Made by a program: the position numbers and the translations under genes
DNA from: Candidatus Thalassarchaeaceae archaeon
GTDB taxonomy: Archaea > Thermoplasmatota > Poseidoniia > Poseidoniales > Thalassarchaeaceae
Reading direction: 5' to 3'
DNA: 64,000 nt
Assembly: GCA_030748775.1 (NCBI GenBank)
Contig: JASMLH010000006.1
Location: forward strand, 3,074 to 67,073
The notes under the pieces: model-generated
Database searches by the model: none
What the model was told of the DNA's origin: nothing
Seen by the model: the letters and a program-made list of their open reading frames with translations, nothing else
Part shown: positions 48,242 through 56,878 of the stretch, one piece after another
Layout of the letters: each line of letters starts with the position of its first letter
Position numbering within the stretch: position 1 is the stretch's first letter

Positions 48242-49030
48242 ATGGTGAAGGAAATCAATGAGTCACTCAATGGGATTGAGGCAATCTTTCTCGATCTAGA
48301 CGGGACGATATACCTAGGAGACGAGCTGATCGAGGGTGCTATCGATTTCCTCAATCGCCTTGGAAGCAGAGGCATTGCACGCTTTTTCCTATCAAACAAC
48401 TCAAGCAAGTCAGTTGCGCAATACCTGCATAAGCTCCATGGAATGGGAATTGATGCTAGCAAGGATGAGATTCTTCTATCTACACACGACCTGCTCGCAT
48501 GGCTATCAAAGGAAGGTGTTAGCAAGACCTACCTAGTAGGGACCGAGGGTATGAGGGAGATGCTTGAGGAGCGTGGTCTAGACACCGAATCAACCGACCC
48601 GGAGTTCGTAGTTCTCGGTTATGACACGGAAGTAACCTACGAGAAGCTCGCGGTTGCCTCTGTCCACCTCCACAAGGGGGTGCCTATGGTGTCAAGCCAT
48701 CCTGACATGGTATGCCCCTCCCCCGAAGGAGGTCTTCCGGATACTGGGGCCTACATGGCCCTATTCGAGGCCACCACAGGGGTCAGGCCTGTCCACGTTT
48801 GTGGAAAGCCAAACAAGGATATGATACTACATAAGATCGAGGAAATGGGTCTTAGTCCCTCCAACTGCGCGATGGTGGGTGATCGCCTGTACACTGACAT
48901 GGAGATGGCGGAGAGGGCTGGGGTAAACGGCATTCTTGTCCTCTCCGGAGAGGCGACCAGGGAGGACCTAGTGGGAAGCGGCATGAGTCCGTCGCTTGTT
49001 GTTGATTCAGTCTCATCCCTAGCTACATGA
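48242..49030 (+). CDS. HAD-IIA family phosphatase (NagD-like)
   Basis: DLDGTIY, SNNSS, GKP, MVGDRLYTD, LVLSG. Confidence 0.92.
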   Translation: MVKEINESLNGIEAIFLDLDGTIYLGDELIEGAIDFLNRLGSRGIARFFLSNNSSKSVAQYLHKLHGMGIDASKDEILLSTHDLLAWLSKEGVSKTYLVGTEGMREMLEERGLDTESTDPEFVVLGYDTEVTYEKLAVASVHLHKGVPMVSSHPDMVCPSPEGGLPDTGAYMALFEATTGVRPVHVCGKPNKDMILHKIEEMGLSPSNCAMVGDRLYTDMEMAERAGVNGILVLSGEATREDLVGSGMSPSLVVDSVSSLAT

Positions 49031-49087
49031 AAGTTCTCAACATTGCAATTGGAGAACTAGATATACGCGCCTTTTCCGGCGCGGGTC

Positions 49088-51301
49088 GTGGAAAGGATGC
49101 TGTCAAGGGCCGGCAGGTCCGTTCATCGAAACAGGAGTCTGATAATCGCAGTCTCCCTCGCTTCCATTCTTTTCTCGGTCGTACTAATCTCCCAGGGTAA
49201 TGAGTTCGAAGACGGTAATTCCCCTCCCACTTCCATCGAATCTGGGAGGGCCTTGGAACTGGTGAACGAAGAGTTGCCAATAGTCTCGACTAACAGCGTG
49301 AGCTACATTTTTACCCACGAATCTCTGGAATGGGACGAACCCGATTTCGAGCAAGAGGTAAGGGATTCTCTGAAGGGACTAGAGTCGGTTTCACTCGATG
49401 TACTAGAAATCAGTTTGGCTTATGACAACCCAAATGACCCGTATCACCTTGCAAGACACGTTTCCATAGATGGACATAGAGTCGCCGCGTTCGTGAGTTT
49501 CAATGGGACCGAGGAGGAAATTTCCAAGGAGGTAGGGGCAATCAAGGAAGCCGTAGAAAGCAATGAGATGGAAATCCTGGTTTCTGGAAGCCTAATCATT
49601 GACTCGGACTTCGATAGAATGCTGAAGGAGGACCAAATCAGAGCGGAGATTATTGGCATCCCTCTATCTCTAATCATCCTCCTCTTCGTTTTCAGGACAG
49701 TAGTCGCCTCCCTGTTACCAATGGCAGTTGCAATGTGCATGTTCCCCCTAGCCACAGGATTGTCTTACTTCGTATCGAAGTGGTTCTCAATGACGGAGTA
49801 CTCTGTCTCGATGATCACCCTGATAGGTCTAGCAGTCTCAATCGACTACAGTCTATTCATGGTTAGCAGGTTCAGAGAGGAGCTTAGGAAGGGGCAGGAT
49901 GTGGAGGGGGCCCTAGCGACGATGATGGATACCGCAGGGAGAGCCATTCTTTTCTCGGGGGCCACAGTAGCGGTTGGCCTATGCACCCTCTTCTACTTCA
50001 GCGCCACGCACATGCCATCCATGGGGATGGGCGCATTTCTAGCAGTATTCGGGGCATTGATTTACTCGTTGACGCTGCTTCCTGCATTGCTCTCCATTAT
50101 CGGGCATGGGATAGACAGGCTGCCGGTGCCAATCCCAGGAGGGCGGGACGAAGGGAGGTTTTGGGAGGAGTTCTCTACAAGGGTCATGAAGAACCCCGTC
50201 GGCTGGCTAGTTCCTTCCATGGGATTTCTATTGCTACTAGGAGTTCCCTTCCTTCACGTCGAGTTGACGGCTGGTGGCCTTGACACGCTTCCTCCAGATC
50301 TTGAGTCACGACAGGCCTACGAGATACTGGAGGAAGAGTTCCCTGCCTTCACGGCCTCGGTCGTACCGTTGGTGATAGTGTTCGAGGAGGGACAGGACCC
50401 GTTCTCGAAGTCTCTATCCACAGATATTGCAGGGATGTGCGAGGGGGTGGCTACCGTGGAGGGAGTCATAGGAGTGGAACATCCGCTTTGCAATCCCTCG
50501 CTCTTCGACACTGATTTCGACCAATGGCCTGAGGGAATGCGTATGGAGTGGTTGACCACAGTCTCGGACTCTGTTGCGATGATTAACGTCCCGATTGAGT
50601 ACCCAAGTGGGAGTGACGAAGCGGAGCAGCTGATTAAGGACGTGAGGATGTTCACCTCCTCAAACCAGGAGGAGGTCCTAGTGGGAAGCTGGACTTCTTA
50701 CGAAGTCGACATGAAAGACCACCTGAGGGAGCGGATTCCAGTTGCGCTTGCCTTCGTTCTTCTTGTTACCATGGTTCTCGTGTGGTTCCAAGTTCACTCT
50801 GTTTTAGTTCCAATAAAGGCGGTTTTCATGAACATACTCTCCATTTCGGCTTCCTTCGGACTAATCGTTGTTGTATTCCAGGACGGTTTCTTGGCGGGAC
50901 CGCTGAACTTCACCCCCCAGCCCCTAGATCTGATGGTCCCCCCCTTGGTCTTCGGAATCGCCTTCGGTCTTTCAATGGACTACGAAGTACTCATGCTCTC
51001 CAGAATTCACGAGTCGTGGCTCGAGACGGGTGACAACACGCGAGCGGTGTCGGAGGGCCTGCAAGCCTCCGGGAGGCTGATCACGGGAGCTGCTGCAATT
51101 ATGATTGCAGTCTTCTCTGGATTCATCTTCGCTGATGTGATGATAATCAAATCCATCGGGTTTGCCTTGGCTGTGGCGGTGTTCGTCGACGCTACTATTG
51201 TCAGGGCAATAGTTGTTCCATCGGCGATGCGTCTCATGGGACGGGCAAACTGGTGGTCGCCTAGTTTCTCTGGTGCCCGTAAAGACAAAGGCGACGCGTA
51301 G
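49088..51301 (+). CDS. MMPL family (RND) transporter
   Basis: GLAVSIDYSLFMVSRFREE, AGRAILFSG, FGLSMDYEVLMLSRIHE, GRLITGAA, DATIVR..VP..LMGRANWW. Confidence 0.93.
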   Translation: MERMLSRAGRSVHRNRSLIIAVSLASILFSVVLISQGNEFEDGNSPPTSIESGRALELVNEELPIVSTNSVSYIFTHESLEWDEPDFEQEVRDSLKGLESVSLDVLEISLAYDNPNDPYHLARHVSIDGHRVAAFVSFNGTEEEISKEVGAIKEAVESNEMEILVSGSLIIDSDFDRMLKEDQIRAEIIGIPLSLIILLFVFRTVVASLLPMAVAMCMFPLATGLSYFVSKWFSMTEYSVSMITLIGLAVSIDYSLFMVSRFREELRKGQDVEGALATMMDTAGRAILFSGATVAVGLCTLFYFSATHMPSMGMGAFLAVFGALIYSLTLLPALLSIIGHGIDRLPVPIPGGRDEGRFWEEFSTRVMKNPVGWLVPSMGFLLLLGVPFLHVELTAGGLDTLPPDLESRQAYEILEEEFPAFTASVVPLVIVFEEGQDPFSKSLSTDIAGMCEGVATVEGVIGVEHPLCNPSLFDTDFDQWPEGMRMEWLTTVSDSVAMINVPIEYPSGSDEAEQLIKDVRMFTSSNQEEVLVGSWTSYEVDMKDHLRERIPVALAFVLLVTMVLVWFQVHSVLVPIKAVFMNILSISASFGLIVVVFQDGFLAGPLNFTPQPLDLMVPPLVFGIAFGLSMDYEVLMLSRIHESWLETGDNTRAVSEGLQASGRLITGAAAIMIAVFSGFIFADVMIIKSIGFALAVAVFVDATIVRAIVVPSAMRLMGRANWWSPSFSGARKDKGDA

Positions 51302-51307
51302 GGAACG

Positions 51308-52360
51308 ATGTTCATGCCCGAGGGCCACGATGCTGGTGGACTAGTCGTTGTCACTGGTGCCAGTGGATATATCGGAAGCCACATAGTTGCCAATTTGCTG
51401 GCTAGGGGCAGAGAGGTAAGGGCAACAGTTCGAGACTCGTCAGATCCGGAGAGAGTTGATCATCTAAGAGCCATGCCAATTGGGGATGGCGGGAGCCTAG
51501 AAATAGTTGAGATGGACCTTCTTGACTCTGAATCGGTAAATAGGGCGATTTCAGGCTGCAGAGAGGTGATTCATACTGCGGCGGTTGTAGTCCTAAATGC
51601 GAAGAACCCTCAGGAGAAAATAGTCGACCCAAGCGTAATCGGGACGAGGAATGTGCTTGGGGCAATTGATTCTGCCGGGTCGGTGGAATGCCTGGTTCAT
51701 ACTTCATCAACTGCCGCAATCAGACCGCAAAATTGGGTAGACGGCCAGGTGCTAACGACAGAAACATGGGCAGACGACTCCAACATCGATAACAACCCGT
51801 ACGGCCTAGCGAAGTTCAGTGCGGAGAGGCTGGTCAGGGAGTGGCACGATTCCAAGGGCAATGGGGCGCCAAGGATGGTTACCATCAACCCCTGTGTAGT
51901 GCTTGGGCCCCCTCTTTCCAGAAGGCACCTTAGAGGGAGTCCGTCATTCGTAATGACCCTGCTAAACAGGGAGATTCCATTCGTTGTGCCGATGCATATC
52001 AGCATAGTGGATGTCCGAGATGTGGCTGAGGCGCATGTTAGGGCTCTGACTCAGGGAAGGGAAGCAGGTAGGTACCTCGTAGTCTCAGGGCAAATGTGGT
52101 TCAGAGATGTCGCCCGGGCCGTGAAGGCAGCTAACCCAGAGCTCAAGATTCCCACTAAACAAGTTCCTTACCTTCTTTCACTGGTGGTCTCAATTTTCCA
52201 CCCCAAAATCAGCCTCTCGTGGGCCAGAATGCATCTTGGGAAGAGGCTATTTTGGGATGCGTCGCCCGCTGAGAGAGACCTTGGTATGGAATGGAGAAGC
52301 CCCAAGGAGTCCCTGCTCGACACCGTACCACCTGTACTGGAGAACGGTTGGATGAGATGA
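51308..52360 (+). CDS. Extended SDR, dihydroflavonol/cinnamoyl-CoA reductase-like
   Basis: VTGASGYIG, HTA, TSSTAA, YGLAK, INP, VDVRDVA. Confidence 0.88.
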   Translation: MFMPEGHDAGGLVVVTGASGYIGSHIVANLLARGREVRATVRDSSDPERVDHLRAMPIGDGGSLEIVEMDLLDSESVNRAISGCREVIHTAAVVVLNAKNPQEKIVDPSVIGTRNVLGAIDSAGSVECLVHTSSTAAIRPQNWVDGQVLTTETWADDSNIDNNPYGLAKFSAERLVREWHDSKGNGAPRMVTINPCVVLGPPLSRRHLRGSPSFVMTLLNREIPFVVPMHISIVDVRDVAEAHVRALTQGREAGRYLVVSGQMWFRDVARAVKAANPELKIPTKQVPYLLSLVVSIFHPKISLSWARMHLGKRLFWDASPAERDLGMEWRSPKESLLDTVPPVLENGWMR

Positions 52361-52364
52361 TTCA

Positions 52365-53882
52365 ATGAGCAAAGCAACCCAACTCCTGTGCCTGCTGGTA
52401 CTTTCCTCTACCACCACGGGTTGCATGTGGTGGGAAGAGGCCCCCGAGCTGGAGATAGTCGAGGGGGCATTCGACTTCGGCAGGGACACGCCCATCACGA
52501 CATGGTACCACTTCCCAGGAACGCCCTCAGAGAGGTGGGCCGTCGATGCCACTGACGCTACTGCGATGCTCGCTTCCAACATCACGGCGGAGTTTTCAGG
52601 GAACAGCACCCCCTTCTTCTCGAGTGCAACCTACTATGGAACAGGTTTCGACACCTTTGAACCGACTCTAGGAATCACCGCATCGGGGGCCATCTTCTTC
52701 ACGAGCTGGAACGGATTAGGAGACGGGACTCATATCATCCGATCGACGGACATGGGGCAGACTTGGGAGGATATTGGTCCGTTCGGACAGATCGACGAGG
52801 ACTCAGGGCAGACGCCTAACTCCAACGACCCCTACATCTACGTAGACAAATTCACTGACAGGCTGGTAAAGTTCGATATGCACGCTCTAGCAGCGATGTT
52901 TGTCGAGTTCTCAGACAATGACGGTGAGACATGGAGCGTACCCTATCCTGTAGAGGGGTACTACGTTACACAAGATCACCAGAGCATCGCCTCCATGCCT
53001 CCTCCTCCAGGAGTGACTGCTTTCCACCCGGTAATATACGTCTACTGCATAAACACCGGTTCACCAGCTGCAGGGGCTCAGTGTTCGCGCTCCCTGAATG
53101 GAGGGCTTTCTTGGGATGTTCAGAGGCTGGGTTACCCAAGCAGCAGCTTCCCTCAGTGCTCGGGCCTCCACGGACATGTCGCAGGAGGCATAGACGGGTC
53201 AGTGTACCGTGGAAACCCCTCTTGCGAGGGGCCAGCAGTTTACCGTTCCCTAGACGGAGGCTACAGCTGGACCGAGCACACTATCACCACTGAAATTGGA
53301 ATGCAGGACGGTTGGCACGCGCACGAGGTTGCTACGGCTGTGGACGATGGCGGCAACGTGCACGCCACATGGATTGGAGACGACCTGAAGCCTTGGTACG
53401 CAAACTCGCGGGACCAAGGAGGGACCTGGAGCGAGCCGATGATGGTGGCGGCCCCCGGCGTTGTGGAGACTGGTTTTCCGACAATCTTCGCTGGAGCAGA
53501 GGGAAGAGTAGTCCTTGGTTACATCGGCGAATCACAGGACTACGACGAGGCAAACAAAACCGGAGGTTGGTCGGGTTACATGGCGATAATGACTGACTCC
53601 TTCGCAGAAAGGCCGCTAATTACTAGCGTTGCAGTGAACAACCCCAACGACCCCCTGGACATCACCCCAGACTGTGGTGATGTTAGGTGTGGGGGATTCG
53701 GGGACTTCATAGACGTGGAGATCGATGATGAGGGGAGGCCTTGGATAGCTTTGGCCCACAACACGGCCGGTTTCGATGAAGCCATAATTGGAACCCTGAT
53801 GGAAGGTCCCAAGCTATACGGGGAGCTAGGATACCTCGAGCCGCTTCCTGAAGGAGGCAACTCAACCCTGCTACTCGGGTAG
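52365..53882 (+). CDS. Putative lipoprotein with BNR/Asp-box repeats (sialidase-like beta-propeller), copy 1
   Basis: Signal ending TTTGC; Asp-boxes STDMGQTW, SDNDGETW, SLNGGLSW, SLDGGYSW, SRDQGGTW. Confidence 0.82.
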   Translation: MSKATQLLCLLVLSSTTTGCMWWEEAPELEIVEGAFDFGRDTPITTWYHFPGTPSERWAVDATDATAMLASNITAEFSGNSTPFFSSATYYGTGFDTFEPTLGITASGAIFFTSWNGLGDGTHIIRSTDMGQTWEDIGPFGQIDEDSGQTPNSNDPYIYVDKFTDRLVKFDMHALAAMFVEFSDNDGETWSVPYPVEGYYVTQDHQSIASMPPPPGVTAFHPVIYVYCINTGSPAAGAQCSRSLNGGLSWDVQRLGYPSSSFPQCSGLHGHVAGGIDGSVYRGNPSCEGPAVYRSLDGGYSWTEHTITTEIGMQDGWHAHEVATAVDDGGNVHATWIGDDLKPWYANSRDQGGTWSEPMMVAAPGVVETGFPTIFAGAEGRVVLGYIGESQDYDEANKTGGWSGYMAIMTDSFAERPLITSVAVNNPNDPLDITPDCGDVRCGGFGDFIDVEIDDEGRPWIALAHNTAGFDEAIIGTLMEGPKLYGELGYLEPLPEGGNSTLLLG

Positions 53883-53966
53883 CTATTGCTGCAGAATTAC
53901 GGGGCCTCGGGACCGTTGTGCCATCAATCCGTTTAACTGATGTAGGAAAGACGCGGCCGCTACAAT

Positions 53967-55427
53967 GTGCGAGTAGCGGCCCTGAGCATGGTCTCACTTC
54001 TGGTTATGGCCTCTCTTGGGGGTTGCTTCGGCGATGAAGAGGAGTTGATTGAAGAGAGTAGCGTGTTCGATGCCTTGTGTACAGAAAACGGAGGTTCGGT
54101 TAGCAATACTACTTGGTATCACTATGGTAATGCCACAGACGCAACAATGGTCTCGCACATGAAGAACGGGACATCGGTCCTAGTCGGAAACAACGCACCG
54201 GTATGTGCAGTTGGGACCTACTACGGGATTGGAATGACCACCTTCGAACCCACGATTGGAGTGACATCCCTGGATAACCTGTACATGACGAGCTGGGGCA
54301 ATGGAGCTGCTGGTTCCACAGCCATAGTGAGGTGCTCAGGTATGATTGGAATGACGAACATCAGCGATTACGTCTGCGAGGACGTCTACAGTGCGCTCTT
54401 GCCAGTGGCCAACAGCAATGACCCCTACGTCTACGTAGACCCATGGACAGACCGTATCATGAAGTTCGACATGCATGCCCTCTTAGGCATGACCGTTGAG
54501 TGGTCAGACAACGAGGGGCAAAGCTGGACGGGCCCATCGGTGGCGACGGGGTGGTCCGTCCAAGACCACCAGACAATAGCATCCTCACCTTACCCGGCCG
54601 CGTTCCACCAGACTACATGGGTCTTCTGCGTCAATGGTAACTATCCCTATCCTGTGTGCTCCGCTAGCAACGACGGGGGGCTCACTTGGGGTCCAGAGCT
54701 ACCCGGGACTCCCTCTGACTGCGAGAGCGGAGGTCTGACCGGCCATATCACAGGGAGCGAGAACGGGAACTTCTACAGGGGCAACAGGGGATGCAACGGA
54801 GGAGAAGGTTACTCTATCTACAGAAGCACCAATGGAGGCATTACATGGACAGAGCACCCCCTGCCTACAGAGACTACCGGTACTGCAGAGACATGGAACT
54901 TCGAAGAGGCGCAGGTGGCGACGGACTCCGAGGACAACGTCCATGCATTCTGGATGGGCTTCGACAACATGCCCTACTACTCGTACTCCACAGACGAAGG
55001 AGGAACCTGGAGCGACCCGATAATGATCGCGCCGCCAATCGGTCTGAACGGGACCGGTTTCCCCGTTGTTACAGCTGGCAGCGCTGGCAAGGTGGCACTA
55101 GGTTACCTAGGTGACTCTGGAGGTGATACTTGGAATGGATATCTGACTGTAATAACCGATGCATTCAACGACATGCCGCTTCTAACCACCGTGCAGGTGA
55201 ACGCCTGGGGGGACCCCCTGGACACGTCGGCGGACTGTGGCTACAACCGATGTGGTGGTTTTGGTGACTTCAACGACATAGTCATCGATCAGCATGGGAG
55301 GGTTTGGTTCGGGCACGCTCACAACGTGGGAGGGGAGATTGGAATCTACGGGACAATGGCGATTGGCCCGACGCTCAGGGACTTGCCCCTACAGCCTCTG
55401 CCGCTTGGAGGACCGGGGACCCTGTAG
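53967..55427 (+). CDS. Putative lipoprotein with BNR/Asp-box repeats, copy 2 (paralog)
   Basis: Lipobox LGGC; SDNEGQSW, SNDGGLTW, STNGGITW, STDEGGTW; shares TFEPT, NSNDPY, MKFDMHAL, QDHQ, RCGGFGDF with copy 1. Confidence 0.82.
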   Translation: MRVAALSMVSLLVMASLGGCFGDEEELIEESSVFDALCTENGGSVSNTTWYHYGNATDATMVSHMKNGTSVLVGNNAPVCAVGTYYGIGMTTFEPTIGVTSLDNLYMTSWGNGAAGSTAIVRCSGMIGMTNISDYVCEDVYSALLPVANSNDPYVYVDPWTDRIMKFDMHALLGMTVEWSDNEGQSWTGPSVATGWSVQDHQTIASSPYPAAFHQTTWVFCVNGNYPYPVCSASNDGGLTWGPELPGTPSDCESGGLTGHITGSENGNFYRGNRGCNGGEGYSIYRSTNGGITWTEHPLPTETTGTAETWNFEEAQVATDSEDNVHAFWMGFDNMPYYSYSTDEGGTWSDPIMIAPPIGLNGTGFPVVTAGSAGKVALGYLGDSGGDTWNGYLTVITDAFNDMPLLTTVQVNAWGDPLDTSADCGYNRCGGFGDFNDIVIDQHGRVWFGHAHNVGGEIGIYGTMAIGPTLRDLPLQPLPLGGPGTL

Positions 55428-55428
55428 G

Positions 55429-56067
55429 CTAGAAGGCATCTGGAAGCAAGCCATAGGCCTGGTAAAGGAAGACAGCCGCGAATCCGAACATTCCCAACCC
55501 ACAGATGCCTAGGGCACCCCTGTATGCCCGTGGGGATAGTGCCTCTCTAGTCCTATCGAAGAATAGTGCTATCGTCATCTTGACGATAATGATAGAGAAC
55601 AGGAATGAGAGGGCATAAGCCACAGGAGCGAGGGGTTCGACGGCTGCCTTGCTAGCCATCAGTGGCCCACCGATTAGGAACCAGAAGACGTACACGTTTG
55701 GATTGAACAGATTTGTGATGACGCCCCTCCTGAAGGACCCGGTGACATCTGCCTGTTCTAGTTCGAGATCTGGGGGCTCAATCCTGAAGCAGTCTACCCC
55801 GAACCAGACTAGGAATCCTGCGCCAAGAGTCGAAATCAGAAAAAGGAGGGTGGGCTGCTCTGCGACCCACCCGGACAACAGGACGCTGACCACGATGAGG
55901 GGGCCGTCGGTGAATATCGGTGCGGATGCCGCCCGAGCTCCGGCTGGCCAGCCGCCGGTTAGTGTCTCCCGGATTACCATGGTCAGGAGGGGTCCGGGCC
56001 TTATTCCCTCCATGACACCAAGAGCGATGCCTGCAACCGTGAGCGCTAGAATCTCCTCAACTTGCAT
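55429..56067 (-). CDS. LysE family translocator
   Basis: PGPL, TDGP, GVITNLFNPNVYVFW. Confidence 0.82.
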   Translation of the reverse strand: MQVEEILALTVAGIALGVMEGIRPGPLLTMVIRETLTGGWPAGARAASAPIFTDGPLIVVSVLLSGWVAEQPTLLFLISTLGAGFLVWFGVDCFRIEPPDLELEQADVTGSFRRGVITNLFNPNVYVFWFLIGGPLMASKAAVEPLAPVAYALSFLFSIIIVKMTIALFFDRTREALSPRAYRGALGICGLGMFGFAAVFLYQAYGLLPDAF

Positions 56068-56070
56068 CTT

Positions 56071-56829
56071 CTAGCGCCTCGATGCTATCTTGGCTAGTAG
56101 CTTCAGAATCTCGAAGTAAAGCCAAGTCAGAGTTACCATCAGCCCGAATGCTGCTCTCCACTCCAACTTCTTGGGAGCCCCTCTTTGCACGCCCCGTTCA
56201 ATGAAGTCGAAGTCTGCCACGAGGCAAAGAGCCCCGATGCCGACAACAAATAGAGAGAATGCAATTCCGACTTGCCCTGCTCCATGGATATAGGGGACGT
56301 GGAACCAGCCGGATATTGCTCCGATAAATGAAACCAGATATATCAGAAAAATTGCGGCCACAGCTGAGCTCACCGCTATCGCAAGATTCCTGTCCCATGC
56401 GATTAGCCCCGCCCTGTAGATTGCTATCATGGCCCCAAGTATGAGGAAGGTGAGAAGGGCTGCCAATATGCCGATTCCTGGCATTTCGAGGGGGCCCTCG
56501 AAGAACCATGTTATTCCTCCGAGGAAAAGGCCCTCGAAAGCTGCGTACACGCAGATCAGAGCAGGATTCATCGAACCGGAAAGTACGACCATCATCGCAA
56601 CGATGAAGCTGCCCAGTAACCCAACGAAAATCAGTGGGGATGCTTCTGGCATAGAGAATGCCGTTGCAAGGGCCGTGAATGTCGTTATCAGCAGTAGCAG
56701 TCCGGTCTTCTCTGCTACTCCCTCAATTGTCATCATGTTAGTCTCATAGTCCTCCCACCAAGAGGCTCCCTTGTAGGCAGATTTTTCGAATGTCGAGTCA
56801 TTGAGTGCGGGGTTTCCGGACCTGTACAT
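56071..56829 (-). CDS. Bax inhibitor-1/YccA family membrane protein
   Basis: SGNPAL, MTIEG..KT, YAAFEGLFLG, DFDFIE..GAPK..EW..AFGL..TL.WLY.EIL. Confidence 0.9.
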   Translation of the reverse strand: MYRSGNPALNDSTFEKSAYKGASWWEDYETNMMTIEGVAEKTGLLLLITTFTALATAFSMPEASPLIFVGLLGSFIVAMMVVLSGSMNPALICVYAAFEGLFLGGITWFFEGPLEMPGIGILAALLTFLILGAMIAIYRAGLIAWDRNLAIAVSSAVAAIFLIYLVSFIGAISGWFHVPYIHGAGQVGIAFSLFVVGIGALCLVADFDFIERGVQRGAPKKLEWRAAFGLMVTLTWLYFEILKLLAKIASRR

Positions 56830-56878
56830 CGGGTTCCGGTATCCATTGGCCTTCTCAAGGATTGGGCCGGAAAGGTCC

